Of a stretch of 50,756 nt of DNA, positions 18,959-29,165 are shown one piece after another (within the stretch, counting starts at the first letter, position 1; the number at the start of each line of letters is the position of its first letter). The position numbers and the translations under genes are program-made. Below the pieces are notes generated by a model. It was not told the DNA's origin. It ran no database searches and saw only the letters and a list, made by a program, of their open reading frames with translations. The DNA comes from Candidatus Eiseniibacteriota bacterium (lineage in GTDB: Bacteria > Eisenbacteria > RBG-16-71-46 > CAIMUX01 > WJJG01): NCBI GenBank assembly GCA_014729815.1, contig WJJG01000105.1, positions 1 through 50,756 of the forward strand, read 5' to 3'.

Positions 18959-21808
18959 CTAGCGTGACATCCCGCCCCGACGCCCCCGGGGCGCTGCGGA
19001 TGGCCCGGCCGAGCCCTCGGCGTGCGCCTCCGCGTTCGCGAAGTCGCCGGCCCGGACGATCGAGATCTGCTCGAGATCGATGTGTCGCTGCACCGCGGCA
19101 TGGATCTCGGCGGGCGTCAGCTCGGCGATGCGCGCCTCGAGCGCCGCATCCCAGGCCATCGTGCGGTCGACGTAGGCCAGGGAGGCCAGGCGATGCGCCA
19201 GCTCCCGCCCCTGGCTGCGCGAGACGGTCTGGCGTTGCAGCCAGCCGGCGCGCGCCTCGGCGACCTCCTGCGCATGAAACCCCTCGGCGCGGATCCTCTC
19301 GATGACCTCACGAAAGGCGCGCAGCAGACGGGTGTCGTTCTGCGGGGCATAGATCGCGTAGGCGCCGAAGTAGCCGCTGCGATCCTGCGCATCGGCGTGG
19401 AACATCGAGCGCACCCCGTAGCTGAGCCCCTCCTCTCCCCGAATGCGCTCCGCCAGGCGGGAGTTGAGGAAGCCGCCCCCGGTCATCACGTTCGCCAGGA
19501 CGAGCGCCGGGTAGTCGGGATCCTCCTCGCTGATCTCGAGTCGCAGTCCGCCGGTGAAGACGGCGCTCTCCTTATCGGGCGTCTCGATCGACTCCAGAAT
19601 CGGCGGGCGCGCTTCATACCGTTCGACGATGCGCGCGTACGGGGTAGCGCCTGGCCAGTCTCCGAGAAGCTCCTCGATGAGGCCCCGCATCTGGGCCGGA
19701 TCGAAATCACCCACCAACGCGATCTCACCGGCGGAAGCGCCATAGAAGTCGTTGTGAAAGCGACGCAGATCCGCGAGCTCCACTTCCTGGGTCTCGGCGA
19801 TCTCTTCTTCTGGGGTAGCGTTGTAGCGCACGTCGTCGGGGTCATAGGGATAGAGATGACGCTGCAAGGCCGTGAAGGCACGGCTCCGTGGGTCGCTGCG
19901 CGCCTCTTCGAGTCGTGCCAGGTGTTGCTGCTTGAGCTGGGCGAACTCCTGGGCTGGGAAGGAGGGGTTGCGCAGCAAGTCGGCGAGAAGCCGAACGGCG
20001 TCAGGGAGATTCACACGCGTGACCTCCAGACGGCCGTAGACGCCCGTGGCCGATCCGTAGAGTCGCAGGCTGGCCTGCAAACGGTCCTCCTCGTCCGCGA
20101 TCTCCTCTCGGGTGCGGCTTCGTGTTCCGCGTGTCAGCATGCGTCCCGCCAAGTCTCCGGCCATGCCGCGCCCGCGCAGAGTCTCGCGGCTGCCGAAGTG
20201 CAGGCGCACGCTCATATCGACGGTCTCGCCACGGGTCTTGCGTGGCAGCATGACCAGCTTCAGTCCCACCGGCAACGTCTCGCGCAGGACGTGCGCTTCG
20301 ATGTTCTCCGGTGATGGGTCGAACGCTTCACCCTGCGCCATGCCGCGCCCGCCCGCATAATCCCCGATCGTTTCCTCCAGCGGCGGCGCGGGCGGAATCT
20401 CGGCCCGCTGCGGCGCATCGGTCGGGATGAAGAGGCCGACGGTGCGGTTGGCGGGGATCAGGTAGCGCTCGGCAACCGCCCGCACCTGCTCGGGCGTGAC
20501 CGCGTGCAGACGATCGCGGTGCACGAAGATCAGGCGCCAGTCCCCCATGGCGGCCCACTCGCTCAGGTTGATCGCCGCCCAAGAGGAGTTGCGCATGCGA
20601 GTCTCCCAGCGGCTGAGGAGGCTGGCGCGCGCACGCTCGACCTCCTCGGCCGTCGGCGGATCGGAAGCCGCGCTTTCGGCGATGCGCACGATCTCGTCCC
20701 GCACCTCCGCCAGTGGCTTCTCCTTCCGCACCTCGGCCGAGATATAGAAGAGCCCCGGGTCGCGGAAGCGATCGGCGCTGGCGCGCACCCGGGTGGCGCG
20801 CTCGGTTTCGACCAGCGCCTTGTGCAGGCGTCCGGAGGGCGTGTCTCCGAGCAGATGCGCTAGGACCGCCAGCGCGGGAAAGTCGGGATGTGGTCCGGCC
20901 GGCATGTGATAGGCGACGCCGATGGCCTGCGTATCGCCCACGCGCCGCAGGGTCACGCTGCGCTCGCCATCCTGGGCCGGCTCGTCTGTATACAGTGCGG
21001 GCGGTGGGATCTCGGGAGACTCGATCGGGCCGAACGTCTCGCTGACCAGTTCCAACGTCCGCAGCGGGTCGATCTTCCCCGAGACGACCAGCATGGCGTT
21101 GTCCGGCCGATACCAGGTGCGATAGAAGGCCTGCAAGCGCTCGATCGGAACGTTCTCGATGTCCGCCCGCGCCCCGATCGTCGTGTTGCCGTAGTTGTGC
21201 CACAGGAAGGCGGTCGAGTAGACGCGCTCCTCCAGGATTCGGCCGGGATTGTTCTCCCCGGCTTCGAACTCGTTGCGCACGACGGTCATCTCGGAGGCCA
21301 GGTCGTCGGCGGCGATGAAGCTGTTGACCATGCGATCGGCTTCCAGCGCGAGGGCCCAGGCCAGGTTCTCCTCGGTGGCGCGGAAGGTCTCGAAATAGTT
21401 GGTGCGGTCGAACCAGGTCGAGCCGTTGGGGCGGCAGCCATGATTGGTCAGCTCGTCGGGGATGTCGGGATGGTCGGGCGTCCCCTTGAACATGAGATGC
21501 TCGAGCAGATGGGCCATGCCGGTCTCGCCGTAGCCCTCGTGCAGGGAGCCGACGAAGTAGGTGATATTCACTGTGGCGGTCTGCGTCGCCGGATCAGGGA
21601 ACAGCAGGAGCTGCAGGCCGTTGTCCAAGCGGTACTCATGGATGTCCTCGACGGAGGTTACGTGGCGGAGGCCGTCGGGGAGGTCAGTGGTGGGGATCGC
21701 GTCCTCTGCACCGCAGGGCACGGCGCCGCCGGCGAGCAGCAGCAAACCGAGGACCGGGATGGACGGCCGCATGAACCGGGGTCGGGGAGCGGGATGGGCG
21801 AACTGCAT
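18959..21808 (-). CDS. M16 family (pitrilysin/PqqL-like) zinc peptidase, exported
   Basis: AHLLEHLMFKG inverted HxxEH motif; NGSTWFDRTNYF; VVRNE; RGEEGLSYG; signal peptide. Confidence 0.93.
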   Translation of the reverse strand: MQFAHPAPRPRFMRPSIPVLGLLLLAGGAVPCGAEDAIPTTDLPDGLRHVTSVEDIHEYRLDNGLQLLLFPDPATQTATVNITYFVGSLHEGYGETGMAHLLEHLMFKGTPDHPDIPDELTNHGCRPNGSTWFDRTNYFETFRATEENLAWALALEADRMVNSFIAADDLASEMTVVRNEFEAGENNPGRILEERVYSTAFLWHNYGNTTIGARADIENVPIERLQAFYRTWYRPDNAMLVVSGKIDPLRTLELVSETFGPIESPEIPPPALYTDEPAQDGERSVTLRRVGDTQAIGVAYHMPAGPHPDFPALAVLAHLLGDTPSGRLHKALVETERATRVRASADRFRDPGLFYISAEVRKEKPLAEVRDEIVRIAESAASDPPTAEEVERARASLLSRWETRMRNSSWAAINLSEWAAMGDWRLIFVHRDRLHAVTPEQVRAVAERYLIPANRTVGLFIPTDAPQRAEIPPAPPLEETIGDYAGGRGMAQGEAFDPSPENIEAHVLRETLPVGLKLVMLPRKTRGETVDMSVRLHFGSRETLRGRGMAGDLAGRMLTRGTRSRTREEIADEEDRLQASLRLYGSATGVYGRLEVTRVNLPDAVRLLADLLRNPSFPAQEFAQLKQQHLARLEEARSDPRSRAFTALQRHLYPYDPDDVRYNATPEEEIAETQEVELADLRRFHNDFYGASAGEIALVGDFDPAQMRGLIEELLGDWPGATPYARIVERYEARPPILESIETPDKESAVFTGGLRLEISEEDPDYPALVLANVMTGGGFLNSRLAERIRGEEGLSYGVRSMFHADAQDRSGYFGAYAIYAPQNDTRLLRAFREVIERIRAEGFHAQEVAEARAGWLQRQTVSRSQGRELAHRLASLAYVDRTMAWDAALEARIAELTPAEIHAAVQRHIDLEQISIVRAGDFANAEAHAEGSAGPSAAPRGRRGGMSR

Positions 21809-21911
21809 GAGATCCTCCATTCGTATCCGATCGTGACGGCGCCAAGCGACGGCGTCGCCGTAGCATTTGCTGTGGGGAGAGAGGGAGGATACCCGATCGG
21901 CCCCATCCCGA

Positions 21912-23219
21912 CTACCGCCCGAAGGCCGCCTTCACCGCCCCCCAGCTCGTGACCCGGGCCGGCGATCCTCCGCAGCCCACCGGCCAGGCGCCGATTCGGT
22001 CGCACTCGGGATTGGGCGGGGAGAAGGGCGCGCAGGGCGAGAGGCAGTCGATCTGGAAATCGCCCGCCTCCGGATCGCAGAAGAGCGGATCCTCGCAGAT
22101 GTTGCCGCGCTGGCCGAGCTGATCCTCGATCGCGCCCACCCAGTCCCCTCCCGCGTTTCCGAAAACGTCGCAGCAGGAGAGCTCGGCGTAGTCGTAGTGG
22201 GACGCCACGCCCGGACCCTCGGCGGCGAAGGCCACCACGCAGTTCTCCAGTACGAAGCGCTGATTGCCGGCGAGAACGGTTGCGTCGGGAGAGGCATTGC
22301 CCCAGAAGGTGCATCCGCGCACCTCCGTGTCGCTGATCTTCTCCGACCAGATCGCCGCGCCCTCGCCGGCGGAGCGGTTGCCGGTGAAGGTGCAGCTCTC
22401 GACCAGATTGGGACCCGAGAGCCAGAAGGTGAGTGCGGCACCGGAGGCAGAGGCAACGTTGTCGGCGAACCAGCAATCTTCGATTTGGGCCGTGCTGAAA
22501 TCCGTGCAGGTGACCGCGGCTTCGCGCCGCGCCGTGTTACCGATGAACTGGCAGTCGGTGAGTCCGACGTCTGCATCGTAGGCGAAGAGCGCTCCGGCGA
22601 CTGCTTCGGCGACGTTCTCCCGAAAGGTGCATCCGTCCAGAAGCAGCGTGCAGTGCTCGCCGTGCAACGCGCCTCCATAGAGGCCTTGGTTCGTGGTGAA
22701 GTCGCAATCGGTGAACCGGGGCGCCGATCCGTTGCCACAGGAAACGGCGCTGCCGGCACTCGTAGCGATCACACATCCGATGATCTGCGGAGCGCATCCA
22801 TCCCCGCAATGGATCGCGCTGCCGACCTGCGGGTGGGAGACCCAGCCGCCCCGGATCGTCACGTCCCGTAGCTGCGCGCCCTGCGGCTCACCGTTGCGGA
22901 ACTGCACGCCGCGATGCGGATCGGCCGCGCTGCCCTCGCAATCGATCACGCATGCGTCCGGATCCCCGCTCTGAGACAAAAGCAGGAGAGCCTTCCCCGC
23001 GTAGTCGAGATCGCGGTTCCCCTCGCCGGTGAAGAGTCCATCGGTCAGTTCGACCGTGTCTCCGTCGGCGGCGGCATCGATGGCCGCTTGGATGGTGGGG
23101 AAGTCGCCCGAGCCATCGGGGGCCACGACGTGGGTCGTCGCCGCAGCGGGGATCGACGCCAGGATCAGCGCTAGTGCAGTTGCCAGGCGGAGGATGCAAG
23201 AGAACTGGTGATCGCGCAT
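21912..23219 (-). CDS. Secreted right-handed parallel beta-helix protein with C-terminal SWGxxK tail
   Basis: Signal peptide; GDFPTIQAAIDAA cap; repeated C.F..N.A..GGA turns; DPLFCD; ends TSWGAVKAAFGR. Confidence 0.85.
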   Translation of the reverse strand: MRDHQFSCILRLATALALILASIPAAATTHVVAPDGSGDFPTIQAAIDAAADGDTVELTDGLFTGEGNRDLDYAGKALLLLSQSGDPDACVIDCEGSAADPHRGVQFRNGEPQGAQLRDVTIRGGWVSHPQVGSAIHCGDGCAPQIIGCVIATSAGSAVSCGNGSAPRFTDCDFTTNQGLYGGALHGEHCTLLLDGCTFRENVAEAVAGALFAYDADVGLTDCQFIGNTARREAAVTCTDFSTAQIEDCWFADNVASASGAALTFWLSGPNLVESCTFTGNRSAGEGAAIWSEKISDTEVRGCTFWGNASPDATVLAGNQRFVLENCVVAFAAEGPGVASHYDYAELSCCDVFGNAGGDWVGAIEDQLGQRGNICEDPLFCDPEAGDFQIDCLSPCAPFSPPNPECDRIGAWPVGCGGSPARVTSWGAVKAAFGR

Positions 23220-23498
23220 TCGGCCCTCCTTCCAGTGCGCGTCAGCGAACGAGCGTCTCTGGGGCCGGGGAAAACCCAAGGAATTCTAGCAGATCACGCC
23301 GCGGGTCGCCATCCACGTCCCCCGGGGCGGCAGTGCAGCCATGCGCACCGCGGCACGGACGCTCGGCGCGAGCACGCACCCGTGTCCGGACGCGTCGCGC
23401 CGGCACCCATCGTCGCGCTCGTCCGCCGCGCCGCGCGAGCACGCATCGTCAAACGCACGCGCCGCACGGTGTGCGAGACGCCGCCTGGCATCGCGGGA

Positions 23499-24839
23499 TC
23501 AATCCTGGTCCGCGTCGTCCTCCGCCGGCAGCAGTCCGGCCAGCCGATCGCGATGCACCATGGCGCTGAGCATTTTGAGGCGGATGTAGTCGCCCTGGAA
23601 GAAGTAGTAGCCCGCGTGCTCTCCCAGGCGGGAGCTGCGATTGCTGTCCTTGTCGAGGAACCAGTCTCCACCATCCAGCTGCAGGTAGCCGACCAGATGG
23701 AATCCGTGGTCGTCGGTGGTCGTGCGATTGTAGATGCGGAACTCCCGGCTGGCCTGATCGATGCAATCGCGGGGAATGTCGAAGCTCGGGACGACCGCCG
23801 CATCCTGCTTGCCGTCGACGCCCGGCTCACTCGTGTCACCGCCCACGCATACCGTATAGCCCTCCTGCACCGCCGAGCGGATCACGCCGTAGAAGCGCTC
23901 CAGCGGCAGATTGAGGTAGTCCTCACGGCGCCGCCAGTTGTCGTGGACGTCGAGCCGCATCCAGTCGCCGAACGGCTGGCGCATCGTGGAGCAGATCTCG
24001 AAGTAGTCGTCCATATCGAGTTCGAGGATGCTGCGCAGGAAGACGCGGGGCGTATAGGTGCGCTGGTTGTAATCGAAGAGCTGCGGCGGGATTCCCAGAT
24101 GCTCATCGAGGATGCCGCGCACGTAGTCGACCACCCGCTCCTCGAACCAGTAGTCATTCTCCTCGACCCAGTGGAGGTAGCGATGGATCTCCCTGCTCAT
24201 GAGGGTGTGATCGTGCCGTCCGTCCTCGCGCCGGTTTCCGGGATAGGCCTCGAGTGGAACGGCGCCGTATTGGCGATAGATCTCGCGCGTGGCGTGTAGC
24301 TGCGAGCCGGGGCCGAGGTTGGAGTGCCCGTATTCGCGGACGAAGCGCCGCACCTTCTCGACCCATTCCCAGTAGACGGTCCACATCTCGGAGAGGCGGA
24401 TCTGTTGCCCCGTGAGGCGATGCACCTCGGATTCGAAGAAGGAGGTCGTGGCGAACGCCCAGCAGGTGCCCGTAGCATGCTGGGGTTGAGGCGGGAAGTG
24501 GAACGCGCTGGCGAACGCAGCCGGATCCTCCGGCGTCTCGACCCCGCTCCAGTCGAGCCGCAGCCGCTGCTCCTCTGCTTCTTCGCGTTCGGCTTCCTCC
24601 TCGTAGCGTTCGTCGGCCAGTTTGCGCAAGGAGTCTCGCTCGGCCAACAGCGCCTTGCGCGCCTCGCGCAGCTCGTCGAGCACCGGATAGTCGTACTCGG
24701 GCCCGTAGACGGGGCAATCGGCCGGCGCGGCTTCATCGGCCCAGGGCGTTCCCACGCCGGGGAGCCCGAACAGCAGGCAAGCGGCGGTGCAGATCAGAAC
24801 GGCTGCGGCGCGGCGGCGCGACCCGTTGCGAGACGGCAT
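23499..24839 (-). CDS. C1 family (papain/aminopeptidase C-like) cysteine peptidase, exported
   Basis: QHATGTCWAF nucleophile motif; DDHGFHLVG catalytic His; signal peptide; AGGAGG RBS before ATG 24839. Confidence 0.85.
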   Translation of the reverse strand: MPSRNGSRRRAAAVLICTAACLLFGLPGVGTPWADEAAPADCPVYGPEYDYPVLDELREARKALLAERDSLRKLADERYEEEAEREEAEEQRLRLDWSGVETPEDPAAFASAFHFPPQPQHATGTCWAFATTSFFESEVHRLTGQQIRLSEMWTVYWEWVEKVRRFVREYGHSNLGPGSQLHATREIYRQYGAVPLEAYPGNRREDGRHDHTLMSREIHRYLHWVEENDYWFEERVVDYVRGILDEHLGIPPQLFDYNQRTYTPRVFLRSILELDMDDYFEICSTMRQPFGDWMRLDVHDNWRRREDYLNLPLERFYGVIRSAVQEGYTVCVGGDTSEPGVDGKQDAAVVPSFDIPRDCIDQASREFRIYNRTTTDDHGFHLVGYLQLDGGDWFLDKDSNRSSRLGEHAGYYFFQGDYIRLKMLSAMVHRDRLAGLLPAEDDADQD

Positions 24840-25109
24840 GCCATCCTCCTCTTCTCGTGTGCGACCCGGTGGACGTAGCCTCAGATTCGGTAGGCAATTG
24901 TAACGGCATCCGCGCAACACCGAAAGCGCCGCTTCGTAGGGATCAGATGAATACTCCTGGGAAGTGGGGGTAAGGACGGGTAGATTCGGGCGAGTGTGAC
25001 ACGCCGCGATCCCCCCGGATCGGCATCGATCGAGCGGCGCGAGCCAGCGGGACGGATCCGCGCGATCCGCTGCCAGCGGCCGCCGCGTGGGAATCGAAAG
25101 GAGATCAGG

Positions 25110-26381
25110 ATGAGCAACCCAAATGGTGTGCGACCCCCCCGGCTCGCAAGCCTCTGTGTCTTGGTGCTGCTGGCGACATTCCTCACCCCGCTCGCACGGG
25201 CGGGGGAGGAGGTCACGATGGATGGGGTGCCGCACATCAAGAACGGGACAACGCCGACGCAGGGGCACGAGATGATGGAGCTCGAGGAGCTGTGGAGTGC
25301 GGGGGGCGAGGATGATGAGGATGTCCTCTTCGGGCTGATCGCCCAAGCCCGCGTCGGGGATGATGGCAACATCTACCTGCTCGACCTGCAGCTCTCCGAG
25401 ATCCAGGTCTTCTCTCCCGACGGAGAGTATCTGACCTCGCTGAGCCGCGAGGGCGAGGGTCCGGGCGAGGTGCGCATGCCTCGCGACTTTGTCTTTCTCT
25501 CCGACGGCAGCATCGGCATCCTGCAGACCTTCCCGGGCAAGATCGTCAAGATCGGGCGCGATGGGATCCCCGCCGGAGAGGTCGTGCTCAGCACGGGAAA
25601 AAAGGGCGCGGGGGGGCAGATCGCGCTCCTCGACGCCGGCCTGCGTGGCGGCAACTTCGTCGTCGCCGGCGTGACGATCGAGCAGGCGCCCCCGGCGGGA
25701 CAGAACCGCCACCTCTTCCTCGCGCACTATAGCGAGGATGGCAAGGAGCAGAACCGCTACGCCGAGCACACGATCGAGATGGACTTCAGCAACTTCGATT
25801 TCCACGAACGCGAGCAGTACTTCGGGGCGCCCCAGCGCTGGGCGCTGGGGCCGGACGGCCGCGTCTACTTCCCGCCAAAGCGTGAAGCCTATGTCATCGA
25901 GGTCTATGCGCCCGATGGCACGTTGGAGCGGGTCATCGAGCGCGAGTTCACGACGCCCCAGCGGACCGCCGAGCGGATGGAGCTTCTCGAGTCGGCGCGC
26001 GATAGCCAGATCGAAGCCATGAAGGCGCAGGGGATGGACCCCAAGATCGGTCTCTGCGAGACCGAGCCGGCGATCTCGGGGATCCATGTAACCGAGGACG
26101 GCATGATCTGGGTGCTCACACCGGCGGGGACGCAGGATCAGCCCGAGGGTGTGATGGCGACCTACGATGTGTTCGATCCCGCAGGCCACTTCGTCAAGCA
26201 AGTCTCTGCCGGGTGTGAGGGTGACGGGGAGAACGACGCACTATTCCCGGCCGGAGAGGATCGCCTCATCAAGGTTACCGACATCATCGCCGCGGCCGTG
26301 GCCATGCAGGGCGGCCTGGGCGCCGAGGCGCAGGAAGAGTCGGAGCCGATGGAGGTCGTCTGCTACCGCATCGTGCAGTAG
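25110..26381 (+). CDS. Secreted 6-bladed beta-propeller protein
   Basis: Signal peptide; GNIYLLD..IQVFSPDGEY, REGEGPGE and YDVFDPAGHF motifs. Confidence 0.78.
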   Translation: MSNPNGVRPPRLASLCVLVLLATFLTPLARAGEEVTMDGVPHIKNGTTPTQGHEMMELEELWSAGGEDDEDVLFGLIAQARVGDDGNIYLLDLQLSEIQVFSPDGEYLTSLSREGEGPGEVRMPRDFVFLSDGSIGILQTFPGKIVKIGRDGIPAGEVVLSTGKKGAGGQIALLDAGLRGGNFVVAGVTIEQAPPAGQNRHLFLAHYSEDGKEQNRYAEHTIEMDFSNFDFHEREQYFGAPQRWALGPDGRVYFPPKREAYVIEVYAPDGTLERVIEREFTTPQRTAERMELLESARDSQIEAMKAQGMDPKIGLCETEPAISGIHVTEDGMIWVLTPAGTQDQPEGVMATYDVFDPAGHFVKQVSAGCEGDGENDALFPAGEDRLIKVTDIIAAAVAMQGGLGAEAQEESEPMEVVCYRIVQ

Positions 26382-26472
26382 GTACGGCGGCGCGGCAAAT
26401 GGGATCGGAAGCGGCGACGACGCCTCCTGCCTCGAGCGCGGTGGGGGGCGTTTCGTCTGCGGGGAGATCTAC

Positions 26473-27249
26473 ATGCACTCGAATCCGGTGATCGAGACGC
26501 TCCTGCGTCATGCCTCGGTGCGCAAGTTCCGTGATCGAATGCCCGATGAAGAGATGATCGCGACGGTCGTCCGCGCCGGCCAGCAGGCGCCCTTCGCCAT
26601 GCAGTTGGGCAGCGTGATCCTGCAGCGTGGGGGGGGCTTCGCCTGGGGGGCGCCGCTCAACTTCATCATCTGTGCGGATGCCCATCGCATCCGTCTCATC
26701 GCACGCCAGCGTGGGTGGGACATCGAGACCTGCGACCTCTCGCTACTGCTCTTCGCCATCCAGGATGCGGCCTACATGGCGCAGAACATGGTCGTGGCCG
26801 CGGAGTCGCTGGGTCTGGGAACCTGCTACATCGGTTCTGCACCGATGCTGGCGCCCAAGATCGTTGCCGAGTGCCACCTGCCGCCCAAGGTCTTTCCCCT
26901 GGTCATGCTGGTGATGGGCTATCCGGCCGAGTCGCCGCCCCCCCGGCCGCGCTACCCGCTCTCCTTCACTCTGTTCGAGGAACGCTACCCGTCGTTCAGC
27001 CAGGAGCAGCTCGACGAGGCGATGCGCGTCATGGACGAGGGCTACCTGGCGCAGGACTACTACAAGGCGGACGGTCTGAAGCTGCCGGTGCCCGAGGATC
27101 GCGAGGATCGCTACACCTTCGACGACTACTCCTGGACCGAGCACATCTCGCGCAAGATGCAGTGGGCGAAGTCGCCGGAGAAGCTGCTCGAGCATCTGCG
27201 GGCCTGTGGGTTCGAGCTGGGCGTCGGCACACCGCGATGGGAGCGATGA
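26473..27249 (+). CDS. NfsA/Frp-like nitroreductase (flavin oxidoreductase)
   Basis: RHASVRKF, QDAAYMAQNMVVAAESLGLGTCYIG and GYP...PRPRYP motifs. Confidence 0.88.
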   Translation: MHSNPVIETLLRHASVRKFRDRMPDEEMIATVVRAGQQAPFAMQLGSVILQRGGGFAWGAPLNFIICADAHRIRLIARQRGWDIETCDLSLLLFAIQDAAYMAQNMVVAAESLGLGTCYIGSAPMLAPKIVAECHLPPKVFPLVMLVMGYPAESPPPRPRYPLSFTLFEERYPSFSQEQLDEAMRVMDEGYLAQDYYKADGLKLPVPEDREDRYTFDDYSWTEHISRKMQWAKSPEKLLEHLRACGFELGVGTPRWER

Positions 27250-27330
27250 GCCTTCTCGGTCCGCGCCGGCATCGATCGATCACGCCATCGCGGAGAAGTG
27301 AGCCCGTGCTTGGATGAGGAGATCGGAGTG

Positions 27331-27508
27331 ATGACTATCAAGTACGAGACGGTTCCGGAGCACCTGCTGCCCAAGTGCCCCATTGCAGCAACCGCTCGAC
27401 CGAGTCTGGATCCTCCGCAGAGGTTCGGGGGTGATCGAGCAGCAGCAAGTGATCGTCTGTCCGAAGTGCGAATGCTTCCTGGGATACGGGTCGGTCAGCA
27501 AGTACTAG
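27331..27508 (+). pseudogene. Small zinc-ribbon protein, frameshifted (pseudogene or sequencing error)
   Basis: GGAG RBS + MTIKYETVPEHLLPKCP in one frame; QQPLDRVWILRRGSGVIEQQQVIVCPKCECFLGYGSVSKY* in another. Confidence 0.55.
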
Positions 27509-27692
27509 GTGCGCTCGCGTGACTTCGCAAAGAGTCCTCTGCGGCGCGTAGGCGCTCTTGAAGGTCAGGCGCAGCCGTTTGGATGTACGGGGCGGGCATT
27601 GGGTGCCTTGGGGACGCGCCGGTTCCCGACGCGCATCCAGGATGTCGTGCGGCTGGTACATCTCCGGCGATGCATAGCGCCATCCGATGGCC

Positions 27693-27704
27693 TAGAATCC
27701 GCGT
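27693..27704 (+). promoter_or_regulatory. -10 box TAGAAT 6 nt upstream of ATG (putative leaderless promoter)
   Basis: TAGAAT-ccgcgt-ATG with no Shine-Dalgarno sequence. Confidence 0.45.
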
Positions 27705-28466
27705 ATGCGCCCAACGGTCGTCCGCGAGGTCCACGCCAAGTCGATCCTCAATCGCTCGAAGATCCACGACTACTGCATCAACCCCTACACCGGCTGTGAA
27801 GTCGGCTGCGTCTATTGCTATGCGGCGCTCTTCATGCGTCGCTACAGCGGGCACAGTGAGCCGTGGGGGCAGTTCGTCGATGTGAAGATCAATGCGCCGG
27901 CCTTGTTGGCCCGGCAGATCCTGCGAGCCAAGCGCGGGTCGATCTGGATTGCATCGGTATGCGACCCGTATCAGCCGCTCGAGGAGCGCTACCGTCTGAC
28001 GCGCCGGATCCTGGAACTGCTTGCCGAGAGGGACTTCCCGATCGTCATCCAGACGAAATCGGCCCGCGTCCGCCACGACCTGGATGTCATTCGCCAGATC
28101 CCAGACGCGACGCTGGGACTTACGATTGCGACGGAGAACGAGGCGACCGCACGCCTCTTCGAACCCCATGCATCTCCGATTGCCGAACGCGTCGCCGTGT
28201 TGCGGGAGTTCAAGGCGGCGGGCGTAGCCACGTACGCCTTCGCGGGCCCGCTGCTTCCGGGCGATCCGGAGCACCTGGCAGCGCTGCTGGATGGCGCGGC
28301 CGACCGCGTGCTGATCGATCGCATGAACTACGTGCCGACCGTGCGGCGGTTCTATGCCCGCCATCGACTCCTGGATGCGCTTGGAGAGCCCTTCTTCAGA
28401 ACACAGGCGCGGAGGCTGGCGCTGGCTCTGCGGAAGAGAGGAGTCGCGGCGGACGTCGTCTTCTGA
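27705..28466 (+). CDS. Radical SAM protein, spore-photoproduct-lyase-like family
   Basis: INPYTGCEVGCVYCYA (CxxxCxxC), VDVKIN, DPYQPLE..YRLTR, IQTKS and FEP.AS motifs. Confidence 0.88.
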   Translation: MRPTVVREVHAKSILNRSKIHDYCINPYTGCEVGCVYCYAALFMRRYSGHSEPWGQFVDVKINAPALLARQILRAKRGSIWIASVCDPYQPLEERYRLTRRILELLAERDFPIVIQTKSARVRHDLDVIRQIPDATLGLTIATENEATARLFEPHASPIAERVAVLREFKAAGVATYAFAGPLLPGDPEHLAALLDGAADRVLIDRMNYVPTVRRFYARHRLLDALGEPFFRTQARRLALALRKRGVAADVVF

Positions 28467-28499
28467 ACCCACTCCGGCAAGAATCCACCTCCGGAGCCG

Positions 28500-29165
28500 T
28501 TTCGGTTCAGCCAGCGTCTTCTCCTGAGCCCCGCGGCCCGCCAGGAAGCACCCCAGGTTGCCAGGCGCCAGGCGCCTGGTGGTCGCGACCGCCGCGTACT
28601 CGCAGGTGCCATCGTCGGGAGAGAAGAGATCGAGCTGGCAGTTCTTGGTCGTGGGGAGGGAGATCTTCTTGCGATAGCAGACCGCGCGCAGCTTCACACC
28701 CCACTGCGCGCTGAGGGATGTCAAGGCTCCGGTGAATGACCGCTGACGGATCTTCAGGGTCGTGGGGAACGCCGAGACGCCTGGGGCCACCGGCTGCCAG
28801 CGTGTGCGCATCTGAGTCTGCTCCCGCAGCCCCAGCCACTGACACATCGGCACCTGGAGGGCGAACTCGCAGCCCCGCCGAAGCAGCCGGTGCAGAATCC
28901 TAGGCTGGAAGAAGCCTCCATCCATCCGCAACTCCAGAGCCATCTTCGATTCCAGGGAACGGCGCGGGTCTCGCCTCAGATCCTCGAGAAGGCGCACCGC
29001 GCGGCGGCCAGCGTGGATGTTCCCGGGCCGGTTCTTGCAGGCCAGGATCTGGCCGGTTTGTGCCCAGTGGGCCAGGACGGGATCGTAGCGGGGCAGGTTG
29101 CGTTGGTGGGGGGCATGGCCCCGGAAGGCCCAAGCGACCTGCAGGCTGGTGGAGATGACCGTGGC
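28500..29165 (-). mobile_element. IS1380-family transposase remnant
   Basis: QTGQIL..KNRPGNIH, LRMDGGFF, QLDLFSPDDG..EYAAVAT and GRGAQEKTLAE motifs; N- and C-termini missing; no clear terminal inverted repeats. Confidence 0.78.
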
